A stretch of DNA of 33,044 bases from a virus, in IMG/VR virus record IMGVR_UViG_3300045988_078908, one strand, 5' to 3'. Made by a program: the position numbers and the translations under genes. Below, in pieces: positions 16,466-24,690 of this stretch. Positions within the stretch are counted from its first letter, which is position 1, and every line of letters begins with the position of its first letter. Under the pieces are notes generated by a model that saw only the letters and a list, made by a program, of their open reading frames with translations, was not told the DNA's origin and searched no databases.

Positions 16466-17101
16466 TTAGCCCTCCTTCATCTCGGCAATCATTGCCTTGT
16501 ACTTGCTATAGTCGATTTCCTGCTTGGTTTCACGTGAAACATCGTCGGCCTTGTCCTCTCGCGTTTCACGTGAAACGTCGTGTTCATCATCGTTGACGTC
16601 GAACGCATCGGAGACGAACATGCTGTTCTCGGAATCTTCGCTGCGGGCCATGATGAGCGTGCCGTCGTAGGCTGGCACCTTGGAACGGTCGAGGATGGAT
16701 ACCTCTTGGAGGTCGAGGTCGTTCACCTCGCGGGTGAGCATGCCGTTCTCGACGCCGTTCTTCACGTCTCGGTCGTAGAAACCGAAAGACCAGCCCACCA
16801 AATCGCCGCGCTTCGCCATCTCCATGACTTCCTTGTCGGAAATGGTGCATTTGGCGCGAAGCCCGATGTTGTCCTCGGTCAGCTCGAGGTTGCCCTTCTT
16901 GGTGCTGCCCAAATCGCGCTGCCAGTCGTGGTTGAGAAGTACGTGAACATCGTCGTTTCGCTTCAGGGCACGCGCGAACGCGCCCTTCTTGATTCGCTCG
17001 ATGAACTTGCCCATGCGCGAAAGCAGCGGCTTGCTGTTGCGCTCGACGGCGTTGACGTAGCCCTCGATTTCGACCGAGTCCTCACGAATGTTAATCTGCA
17101 T
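16466..17101 (-). CDS. Prohead protease, HK97 (S78) family
   Basis: 211 aa from ATG 17101, which follows a GGGGGGTGA SD. The pattern IEGYVNAVERNS......F.E.I.KGAF..AL.....V..L.NHD is typical of this family. It lies between the portal and capsid genes. Confidence 0.85.
   Translation of the reverse strand: MQINIREDSVEIEGYVNAVERNSKPLLSRMGKFIERIKKGAFARALKRNDDVHVLLNHDWQRDLGSTKKGNLELTEDNIGLRAKCTISDKEVMEMAKRGDLVGWSFGFYDRDVKNGVENGMLTREVNDLDLQEVSILDRSKVPAYDGTLIMARSEDSENSMFVSDAFDVNDDEHDVSRETREDKADDVSRETKQEIDYSKYKAMIAEMKEG
16527..16576. repeat. Two copies of the perfect 14-bp palindrome GTTTCACGTGAAAC (16527-16540 and 16563-16576)
   Basis: Read directly from the sequence. Each copy encodes VSRET within the acidic C-terminus of the protease, 60-110 nt upstream of the capsid start codon. 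Confidence 0.9.
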
Positions 17102-18323
17102 TGATTTCACCCCCCTGCGCCTCAATTACGCTGCCAGAATCCGAAATGCTAGCCGCCTTCGTGGAGTCCGTGTTCGGGGTGTACGTCTCTCCAGTGGTGG
17201 TGTCGAAGAGAACGGAACCGAGTCCGAGGTCGATAATGTCAAGCCCCGGAATCTCGTTCATGTTCTCATTGTGGCGCATCTCGTTGATTGCCATTATGCC
17301 ACATTCCTTTGCGAGCTTGTACGTCTCGTATCGCTCCTTCAGACTGGCCTTGATAATCTCGCGGCTGTCGAACGCGAAGAAGTAATTTCGCTTCTCCCTT
17401 TCGAGCAGCAGGTCGCGGTTGAGCGCCGTCTCGAAAGCTCTCACGATGGGGTAGATTGCGAACTTGTACGTCTCTTCGAAGTTTTCCCTGATATGGAAGA
17501 TGCCGTTAATCTCGTCGGCCATCGTCCGCTTGTTCTCGTTGAGCTGCATCTCGGTGGAAGTGCTCGACGCTTCTTGGAACTCCAATCCGTTGTTCAGAAC
17601 GACGACGTTTTCCTCGCTGTTGCCGTAAAGATTCGACCATGCACTCTTGAGCGCGTCGATTTCCTCTTGTCCCAGCTTGCGTTGGCTCTTTAGGAACCCT
17701 CGCTTGTTGCCGCCCGCCTTCACCAACCCAAGTTGGTACATGAGCGTCTGGTATCCCGTCTCAAGGGCCTTGGCGACCTCGACCGTAAGTCCGACACCGC
17801 TTGCGCCGTCCTTCGTGTTGCGCAGAATCTTGATGAACTCGAAGGGCTTGTACGTCCCGTCACCGACGATGATGTCGTACGACTTGTAAATCGGGTCGCT
17901 GTTGATGTTGATGTTCACCGCGTCGCACGCCACGTAGTACAAGCCCGTCACGTCGTTGCGGCTGCGCTCGATGTAGCAGTAGCCGCCCTTCCCCATGAGG
18001 TAATCCTCGACCATCGCCTTCTTGAGCTGGAACCCGTCCAGCGTGTCCCCCGTGTCCACGTTGAGCATCTTCGTTCGCGGGTCGTTCTCCACCTCTTCGA
18101 CCACACCCTTCTTGGTGCGGTACAGGCGCACCGGCATACAGGCCACGGCGCCCGTGATGAAGTCAACCGCGCCAGATACTGCGGGCAGCATCATCGCCTT
18201 GTCGCGGTCGATTGGCTCGTTTGCGAGCAATGCACGCAAGAGCACGTCGTTCACCGTGCCGTCGTTGCCGATGACGTTATCGGAAGAGCGCTTGCGCTCC
18301 CATCTATCGCTGAACCATCCCAT
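17091..18323 (-). CDS. Portal protein, HK97 family
   Basis: 410 aa with an AAAGGGGTGA SD. It lies directly after TerL and its sequence pattern is typical of the Phage_portal family. Confidence 0.9.
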   Translation of the reverse strand: MGWFSDRWERKRSSDNVIGNDGTVNDVLLRALLANEPIDRDKAMMLPAVSGAVDFITGAVACMPVRLYRTKKGVVEEVENDPRTKMLNVDTGDTLDGFQLKKAMVEDYLMGKGGYCYIERSRNDVTGLYYVACDAVNININSDPIYKSYDIIVGDGTYKPFEFIKILRNTKDGASGVGLTVEVAKALETGYQTLMYQLGLVKAGGNKRGFLKSQRKLGQEEIDALKSAWSNLYGNSEENVVVLNNGLEFQEASSTSTEMQLNENKRTMADEINGIFHIRENFEETYKFAIYPIVRAFETALNRDLLLEREKRNYFFAFDSREIIKASLKERYETYKLAKECGIMAINEMRHNENMNEIPGLDIIDLGLGSVLFDTTTGETYTPNTDSTKAASISDSGSVIEAQGGEINAD

Positions 18324-18335
18324 ATAATCACCCCT

Positions 18336-20021
18336 TTAGATGACCTGAACAGTGAAGTCAGGCATTTGATTGAAAACAACGTCCTGCTGCAGCAAGTATA
18401 CGGCGTTGATAAGAGAAACCACCATATCGACCTTGCCTTTGCTCTTTTTCTTATGGACGTACATGTTCTTGTTCGTGTCGTATGAGCAGCGGGCATTCTG
18501 GAAGTTGATTTCGAGCAGCTTGTTGTCGGTGTACTCGAACTCTCCGCAAAGAATCTTCTCCCTCAGAAGTTTCGTCGGCGGATGGAGCACGCTGGAATGC
18601 TGCCTGATTTCGACGGTGTTGTATCCCGCGCCTTCCAACTTCTGCGCGGTGCTGAGCGCGTTCCATCGGTCGTAGCCGATTGCCTGCACTTGCACGCCGT
18701 ACTTTTCCTCGATGCCGAGAATGAAGTCCTCGACAACCTTGTAGTCGATTACCCTGTCACCGCAAGCGACGCACTTCCCGGCGCGGACGAACTCGTTGTA
18801 GTCGATTTTCTCGTATGCGTTCTTCTCAGGAATGCGGCCCTCTGGCACGAACGCGAAAACATCGGCGAGGATGTTTCCGTCATCGTCTGCCGCCACCATC
18901 GCTACCGCCGTGTTGTCGTTCGTTTCCGAAAGGTCTAGACCCAGATACACGACGCGCTCGCGCCAGTCGATGTTGGAAACCTTGCACGCCTGAACGTCGG
19001 CAACGTCGATGAACGTCTCCGTGCCCTGCCCTTGGTAGATGATGTTGCAGTGCTTCGTGAGGAAGTTCTCACGCGCAGATTCTACCGCGATTGCGTAGGC
19101 TCGTTTCTTCTTCAAGTCCTCCCAAATCTCGGGTATCTCCAAGCTGACGGGGTTCGCCTGACGCATCACCAAATCGTCCGTCATCCAGTCCTTCGCATCG
19201 TCAGGCTCGTAGAGCAAGGCGAACAGCGTATCATCCTCGGCAATTCCGTCCAGCACCTTCTTGGCGTATGCCACCTCGTCCTCGAAAGGATTGTCTATCG
19301 TCGGGTACTTGGTCGAGATGATGAAGCCGAGCTTGTTCAGGATGTTGAGCTGGCCCGACTTCATGGCTTCGACGGCGTAGCTGGTCGGCAGCGCCCCAAC
19401 CTCGTCCGCGCAGAATGCGCTGGGGAGTCGGCCATCCATTCGAGACGTTGAATAGCTCAGTGGTACGTATGTCGAACTCTTCGGCTTGAACGTAATGCAG
19501 TCGCGCAGAATCTTGAAACGCTTGTTTCCCTTGTACTCGTACACAAGCGGGGACGAGCGCAGCGTCTGCGAGATTGCTTCGCGAATCTGCCTTGAAAGCG
19601 ACCCGTCTGGTGCGACCGAGAAGAACTCCGCGAATCGCGGCTCGGTCAGCATGAGGATAATGAAGATGGTCGCTACCGTGTACGTCTTGAAGTTCTTTCG
19701 GGCGATTTCCAGAAGCCCGATTTCGTAGCGCCGCTTCTCTGGATTGTCACGGTAGACGGTGCATAGAACAGCCGTGTACAGCAACCATTGGTATCCAGTG
19801 GTGCATTCGTAAAGCTTCTGCCCAGCCTTCAGGCCCTTTGGCATGACGAGCAGTTTGAGAATCGACTCCATCTGGCGAATCTTGGCGTCGCTCACGAAGT
19901 ACTTGTCGCTATTGCCGTCGCATACGTCCATCCAAAGGCGCATCTGCTTCTTGACGTACTTCGGGGTGGTGTCCGCGTCTATCGTGCGCTCGCAGTACTC
20001 GTAGCCCCTATTCCTCGCCAT
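18336..20021 (-). CDS. terL: Terminase large subunit (Terminase_1 family)
   Basis: 561 aa from ATG 20021. The Walker-A-like region is LLEIARKNFKTYTVATIF, and there is a C-terminal nuclease-like region. It sits between TerS and the portal. Confidence 0.9.
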   Translation of the reverse strand: MARNRGYEYCERTIDADTTPKYVKKQMRLWMDVCDGNSDKYFVSDAKIRQMESILKLLVMPKGLKAGQKLYECTTGYQWLLYTAVLCTVYRDNPEKRRYEIGLLEIARKNFKTYTVATIFIILMLTEPRFAEFFSVAPDGSLSRQIREAISQTLRSSPLVYEYKGNKRFKILRDCITFKPKSSTYVPLSYSTSRMDGRLPSAFCADEVGALPTSYAVEAMKSGQLNILNKLGFIISTKYPTIDNPFEDEVAYAKKVLDGIAEDDTLFALLYEPDDAKDWMTDDLVMRQANPVSLEIPEIWEDLKKKRAYAIAVESARENFLTKHCNIIYQGQGTETFIDVADVQACKVSNIDWRERVVYLGLDLSETNDNTAVAMVAADDDGNILADVFAFVPEGRIPEKNAYEKIDYNEFVRAGKCVACGDRVIDYKVVEDFILGIEEKYGVQVQAIGYDRWNALSTAQKLEGAGYNTVEIRQHSSVLHPPTKLLREKILCGEFEYTDNKLLEINFQNARCSYDTNKNMYVHKKKSKGKVDMVVSLINAVYLLQQDVVFNQMPDFTVQVI

Positions 20022-20379
20022 CGCTGTCACCGTTGATTATCGCCATGAGCGGGTCGTAGTCAGAGTCGCGTTCCTCGTCCTCCTTGGCGAACCCCTTGAT
20101 GATTTTCATGAGAGTTGTGACCGTGCGGTTGGCCGAGTCCGTGGTCTTGTTGTATTCGGTCACGGCTGGGTTGACGTAGATGTTCGCGCGACCCTTGACA
20201 TACTCCTTGGTGACTAGCGTTCCAGTCTCGCGGATTGCCGCTTCAAGCTCGGCGAGGTTGTTGAGCTGCACCTGATAGCGCTTGAACGTTGTCATGAAGA
20301 AGAAGTTGGTCTGTACGCCCGTCTCCTCGGCTATCTTCAGAATTTCCTGCGCCTGCTCCTTAAGGCTCTTCTTTGCCAT
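20008..20379 (-). CDS. terS: Terminase small subunit (P27 family-like)
   Basis: 123 aa from ATG 20379, which lies 8 nt after GGAGG. The pattern FF.TTFKRYQVQLNNLAELEAAI...G........G.....NPA is typical of P27-type TerS. Confidence 0.8.
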   Translation of the reverse strand: MAKKSLKEQAQEILKIAEETGVQTNFFFMTTFKRYQVQLNNLAELEAAIRETGTLVTKEYVKGRANIYVNPAVTEYNKTTDSANRTVTTLMKIIKGFAKEDEERDSDYDPLMAIINGDSDGEE

Positions 20380-20384
20380 ATTCG

Positions 20385-21233
20385 CTACCTCCGTTTTCTG
20401 TATCTGTCGCTGATGATTTTCGGGACGCATTTGTTCCAATCTACCCGATGGTGCATCCTTCGGTGGTGCGCCCCCATCTCTGCAACCCTCACGGCCTGCG
20501 GCGCGACGATGACGCTGTAGAACGACTTGACGTATGTGCCGTAGTCGAGGTAAAGGGTTGTCATGCCCTCGGCGTTCTTTTGGGTCTGCGCCTGCGTAAT
20601 CTGCGTGTTGGTGACGGTGAAGAACAGCTTCCCTTGGTTCCCCAGCATGACGTAAGTGTTGGTGTCCTCGTTCACCCTGCCGACGAACCGGAACTGCCGG
20701 TCGGTCTTCAGGAACCAGACGTTCATGGCCTTGCGCGAGAGTCCTTGGTGGAAGAAACGGTTTGCACCGCCTATCAGGTCGCCACCCTGCGCAAGCGCGA
20801 CGGCAAGCGCGCCGCTCACGTCAAGGAACCCGAAGCAGTCCTCGAAGAGCCTATCCAAATCGTCGCAGTACTTGCTCTTGAGCTGCGCACCGCTCAGGAA
20901 CCTGAACATGAAGTTGCCGTAATCGTCATCGAGAACAACGAAGTGGTCAAGGCCCAACCGCTCCGCTATGTTGAAGCACTCGTTGCGGGCGTACACCACC
21001 CCGCGATGGTCTTCAACGGCATCCGCCGTGTCCGTCCACTTGGCGACCTCTGCCTTGTCAAACTGAACCACCATATCGCCGTAGCGTCGCTTGTACTCTT
21101 CTGCGCTATCGTCCTCGTTGTCGATGATGATGTACGTGTCACCGCTGTAGTTGCCCTTCTTAAGGGCATTGAGTGTCGCTATGTTGTCTGGCCTGCCATG
21201 CGAGACGATGAACACCGCGTAATCATTGCCCAT
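20385..21233 (-). CDS. GT-A fold glycosyltransferase-like protein, paralog B
   Basis: 282 aa with a GGAAGGTGG SD. The motifs occur in GT2 order: YAVFIVSHGR (beta1), YIIIDNED, VVYARNECFNIAERLGLDHFVVLDDDY (ARN...DxD) and RVNEDTN (ED). It is about 35-40% identical by eye to the upstream gene. Confidence 0.65.
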   Translation of the reverse strand: MGNDYAVFIVSHGRPDNIATLNALKKGNYSGDTYIIIDNEDDSAEEYKRRYGDMVVQFDKAEVAKWTDTADAVEDHRGVVYARNECFNIAERLGLDHFVVLDDDYGNFMFRFLSGAQLKSKYCDDLDRLFEDCFGFLDVSGALAVALAQGGDLIGGANRFFHQGLSRKAMNVWFLKTDRQFRFVGRVNEDTNTYVMLGNQGKLFFTVTNTQITQAQTQKNAEGMTTLYLDYGTYVKSFYSVIVAPQAVRVAEMGAHHRRMHHRVDWNKCVPKIISDRYRKRR

Positions 21234-22065
21234 TCTTGCGCCACCTTCCGCTGATAATCTTCGGATAGTACAATGCGCTCGCTTTTCTCAATGGTGCTCG
21301 TCGGTCACCGATGGTAATCTTCAAACCGCTTGGATGCACAATAAGTGAGTAGAAGTCGCGAATATACTGTTCGTTGCCAACGTAAAGCTCATGCAGCCCA
21401 CCGTCGTTGGTACCTCTCAATGGAGCGTTCTTTACGATTCCCATAACCTCAAGCGCCATCTGTCCGACGTTCGCACCAAGAAGTGTCGCGTTTAGGTCTT
21501 CATTTAACAAGCCGACGAACCTCAGCCTATCGCCAGCACGAAGAACGTACGCTTGGTTGAAATTCCACCGCAACCCTTTCGAGTAAACGCCGTTCATACC
21601 TCCGATAAGCGCACCGCTTGTTGCTATGCAAAGGGATGCAACCCCAGTCGATTCAACGAATTCCAGCATTGCATCAAACAGCGCGTCAAAATCGGTCACG
21701 GGTGCGGAAACAAGCTTACCGCCCTTGACGTACCTGAACGTGAACTGGTTCAGGTCATCGTCGAACATCGCGAAGTAGCTCAGACCCAAATCATCCGCGA
21801 TGTCGTATGCCGCGTTCCTCGCGAACACGACGGAACGAAGCTCGTCCTCGGTAGTCATGGTGTCTACGCACTTGGCGTACTCGCGCTTGTCGAACACGAT
21901 GACGCTGTCACCGTAAAGCCGCTCGTACTCTGCCCTCTGCTCGTCAAGGTCGTCGATGACGAGATACACCTTGCCAGTGTACCCGCGCTTCTCCGACTCA
22001 TTGAAGGTCGCTTGGTCGTGCGCCCTTCCATGCGTGAGAATCAGCACCGCGAAGTCGCTACGCAT
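21223..22065 (-). CDS. GT-A fold glycosyltransferase-like protein, paralog A
   Basis: 280 aa from ATG 22065, overlapping the ParB-like stop by 8 nt. Motifs are FAVLILTHGR, YLVIDDLD, VVFARNAAYDIADDLGLSYFAMFDDDL and LLNEDLN. It has a C-terminal basic tail YPKIISGRWRK. Confidence 0.65.
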   Translation of the reverse strand: MRSDFAVLILTHGRAHDQATFNESEKRGYTGKVYLVIDDLDEQRAEYERLYGDSVIVFDKREYAKCVDTMTTEDELRSVVFARNAAYDIADDLGLSYFAMFDDDLNQFTFRYVKGGKLVSAPVTDFDALFDAMLEFVESTGVASLCIATSGALIGGMNGVYSKGLRWNFNQAYVLRAGDRLRFVGLLNEDLNATLLGANVGQMALEVMGIVKNAPLRGTNDGGLHELYVGNEQYIRDFYSLIVHPSGLKITIGDRRAPLRKASALYYPKIISGRWRKNGQ

Positions 22066-22804
22066 CGTCCTCACCGCTCATGAAGTCGATGTCCTCGGCA
22101 AGCTTCGCGTATCCCTTGGCGATTGCGTCCTCGACGTCGATGATGACGAGCGCCGAGTCCTCCATAAGCTCCTGCATCTCAGGCGTCGCGTTGGCGTAGT
22201 ACTCCGCGACGTTCTTGTAGTTGAAGGCGTAGTGTCGGGTGGCTGCCTTGATTAGGAACTCGCGTTCCTCGGGCGTGACGTTCGAGTCCTGAATCCTCAT
22301 GACCAGCTCGTTGGCCTTCGAATCGTCAACCAGCTCGTCGATGGTCGGGCACTCGCCAGTCGGCTCGTACTGCGGGATATTCACCTTCTTGGTATAGGTA
22401 TCGTCCGCCTGCGGCTCGTCCTCTTCAAGCTCTTCGAAGTCGAACCCGAAGTCAGACATGTCGATGTCCTCGATGCCCTCAAGCTCGATGCCAAGCTTCG
22501 CCATGTCCCACTGTGCAAGCTCTCCCGTCTTGTTGTCGGCCAGACGGAATGCCTTCACCTGCTCGGGGGTCAAATCGTCCGCCACGATGACGGGAACCTG
22601 CTTTAGCCCCAGCTTGTGCGCGGCCTTCAGGCGCGTGTGGCCGTTGATGATTACGCTCTCTCCGTCAACCACGATTGGAACCTTGAAACCGAACTCCTTG
22701 ATGCTCGCAGCCACCGCATCGACCGCGTTGTCGTTCAGTCGCGGGTTGTTCGCGTACGGAATCAGCGAATCAACGTCCATGTAGGTTACTTTTGTCTTCT
22801 CCAT
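22058..22804 (-). CDS. ParB/Srx N-terminal domain protein lacking the usual methyltransferase fusion, with an unassigned C-terminal domain
   Basis: 248 aa. The segment DSLIPYANNPRLNDNAVDAVAASIKEFGFKVPIVVDGESVIINGHTRLKAAHKLG is the ParB-like domain found at the N-terminus of phage ParB-methylases. It is followed by an acidic linker and a domain of roughly 110 aa (KVNIPQYEPTGECPTIDELVD...). Confidence 0.75.
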   Translation of the reverse strand: MEKTKVTYMDVDSLIPYANNPRLNDNAVDAVAASIKEFGFKVPIVVDGESVIINGHTRLKAAHKLGLKQVPVIVADDLTPEQVKAFRLADNKTGELAQWDMAKLGIELEGIEDIDMSDFGFDFEELEEDEPQADDTYTKKVNIPQYEPTGECPTIDELVDDSKANELVMRIQDSNVTPEEREFLIKAATRHYAFNYKNVAEYYANATPEMQELMEDSALVIIDVEDAIAKGYAKLAEDIDFMSGEDDA

Positions 22805-23073
22805 GCCTTGAAAACTCCCTTCTCGATGTTCTGAAAGACGCTATGGGGGAAACGCTCGAAAGAATCCCCGATAATCGCCCTTATTGAATGATAATCGGAG
22901 TTTTACGCTCCATAAACCGCTGTTTTCCAAAAAACCCCAGCAGATTGAAAATTTAGTGTCCAGAGTAGGGCAGTCAGATAGCCCGACAACCCGCCCGAAT
23001 TCCCCGTAGGGCAGGGGGGATTGTTCCCCCCAAAGTTATCAACAGCGTTCCCAACACAGGACGATAGACTGCG
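22805..23073. other. 270-nt non-coding region, a candidate cos site and/or late promoter
   Basis: No ORF longer than 15 aa on either strand. It has a G6A-TTGT-TC6 hairpin (23014-23031), a GATAATCG direct repeat (22870-22877 and 22890-22897) and a GC-rich tract (22981-23031). It lies between HNH and the packaging operon. Confidence 0.4.
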
Positions 23074-23451
23074 TTAATGGCCCGCAATCCTCTTGGCCGC
23101 AAGCCCTCTCAGATATCCCTTCGGCAGCTCGCCATCGTCAGCCATCCTATGGTGCAGCCTGCATAGGCACACGAGGTTGCCGTCCTCAATCAGCCCGTCC
23201 GGGTCTTCCCTGAGCTTCTCTATGTGGTGGACCTCAAGCCCCTCGGTCGTGACCTTCCCTTGGTCTCGGCACACCTCGCACATCCAGTGCGCATCGTCCC
23301 TGACCTGAAGGCTCTTCCTCTTCCAGCGTGCAGTGAAGCGCAGCCTGTCCGCGCCCGTCCTCTCGTACCTGTATGTCGGCTTCTTACTCGGGCAAGGCTC
23401 GCCGTATGCGTGCATCTTCCCGCACCTGCTGCAAGCCCTGTATGCTCCCAT
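23074..23451 (-). CDS. HNH endonuclease (terminase-associated type)
   Basis: 125 aa from ATG 23451, which follows a GAAGGGGGGA SD. It contains CSRCGK...C and the motif EVHHIEKLREDP...NLVCLCRLHH. Confidence 0.85.
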   Translation of the reverse strand: MGAYRACSRCGKMHAYGEPCPSKKPTYRYERTGADRLRFTARWKRKSLQVRDDAHWMCEVCRDQGKVTTEGLEVHHIEKLREDPDGLIEDGNLVCLCRLHHRMADDGELPKGYLRGLAAKRIAGH

Positions 23452-23535
23452 GTGCGTCCCCCCTTCAACCAGCAACGGGCCTCGCCGATTGGACGAGACC
23501 CGCTTGGTGGTCTTTCTCAGATGATTTGACGCCGG

Positions 23536-24450
23536 TTACCAAACCCTTAGCACCTGTCCGGGATAGATAAGGTTGGGGTTGGCGAGTCCGTTCAGCTTTG
23601 CGAGGTCCTGCCACGACGTGCCGTACTTGGCGGCGATGCCGGAAAGGGTATCGCCGCTCTTGACCGTGTAGGTCATACGGGCCGATGCGCCCAGCTTCGC
23701 GTTCACGATTGACTGGATAGCATCGTAATTATATCCAGCACTTGCGAGACGGTTGCGCCTATCGTCTCCGTTGCCCCACTGGCCTGCGATTACCTCGTCG
23801 GCAATCTGCTCATTGCTCTTCCTAGCCGGTGCAGGTGCCGGAGCGCTTGACGCGCCCACGTACTTTGCCCACGCGGCGGCGCCCATGTATGCCTTGTCTA
23901 GGTCTAGGTTGCCATTGTATCCCGCAAGCCTTCCGGCTGAGCTGTACTGCCTGATAGCACAGTTATACGCGCCCTCGTTCCAAGGGCTGTCTTGGTATCC
24001 GGTAGCGTTGTTGCTCGCGTACTGCGCGACCCATGCGCCGCAGTCGAGGGCCTGCGCGACGTCCCACGGGAATACGCTTGCAGACGCGTAGATGAGCGGC
24101 TTGACTCCCGTGCGGTCGATGACTCGCTGGACGAGCTGCTTGAGGTAGCCGGTGTTGCCCCACGCGGAATTCTCAGCGCTCTCCCAGTCGATGCACGGGA
24201 TGCCCTTGCCGAAGTATCCTGCGCAATGGTCGATGAAGAAGTCAGCTTCTGCCTGTGCTCCGCTGCCGTCCACATAGTGATAGAAGCCGAACGGCTTCCC
24301 AAGGCTGATGGCTTGCTGCACCTGCGCGTCGCAGGCGTCCGAGACGAAAGTCACGCCCTGCGTTGCCTTGACGATTACAAAATCGCATGGGACCTTCGAG
24401 AGGTCGATTCCCGCCTGCCATCCGCTAATGTCGATTCCCTGCATTGCCAT
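23536..24450 (-). CDS. Endolysin: GH25 muramidase + CW_7 (Cpl-7-like) repeat + LysM
   Basis: 304 aa. [26 protein letters not shown]...GFYHY indicates GH25. [30 protein letters not shown] indicates CW_7. [29 protein letters not shown] indicates LysM. Confidence 0.9.
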   Translation of the reverse strand: MAMQGIDISGWQAGIDLSKVPCDFVIVKATQGVTFVSDACDAQVQQAISLGKPFGFYHYVDGSGAQAEADFFIDHCAGYFGKGIPCIDWESAENSAWGNTGYLKQLVQRVIDRTGVKPLIYASASVFPWDVAQALDCGAWVAQYASNNATGYQDSPWNEGAYNCAIRQYSSAGRLAGYNGNLDLDKAYMGAAAWAKYVGASSAPAPAPARKSNEQIADEVIAGQWGNGDDRRNRLASAGYNYDAIQSIVNAKLGASARMTYTVKSGDTLSGIAAKYGTSWQDLAKLNGLANPNLIYPGQVLRVW

Positions 24451-24452
24451 GT

Positions 24453-24677
24453 CTACTCCGTCCTTTCAGATACCTGCTTAGAGGTTGCCGCGCTCACTCC
24501 GATGAGGGCACCGATGAGAACCCCGGTCGCGTTGAGCGTGAGCACGATTGCATCGACGTTCGGGATCCCCCACGCCGGGAAGACCGCGCCCACGAAAGTT
24601 GCGACTGCGGGGCATGCGATAAGCCCGACCCATTTCAGCACGTGATACAGTTTGTCAGTGATGATGTACTCTTTCAT
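24453..24677 (-). CDS. Holin, Dp-1-like family
   Basis: 74 aa from ATG 24677, which follows GGAAGGTGG. It has two hydrophobic segments and a charged C-terminus. The pattern [18 protein letters not shown]....WGIP...I..T..A.GV..GALIGVS resembles Dp-1 holins. Confidence 0.75.
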   Translation of the reverse strand: MKEYIITDKLYHVLKWVGLIACPAVATFVGAVFPAWGIPNVDAIVLTLNATGVLIGALIGVSAATSKQVSERTE

Positions 24678-24690
24678 TCTTTCCACCTTC

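Noticed and set aside
22058-22804. The ParB-like gene might have been part of a ParABS partition system of a plasmid prophage.
   Set aside because: There is no ParA/Walker ATPase partner and no obvious parS repeats. An integrase and attP are present, and the gene is embedded in the late packaging operon.
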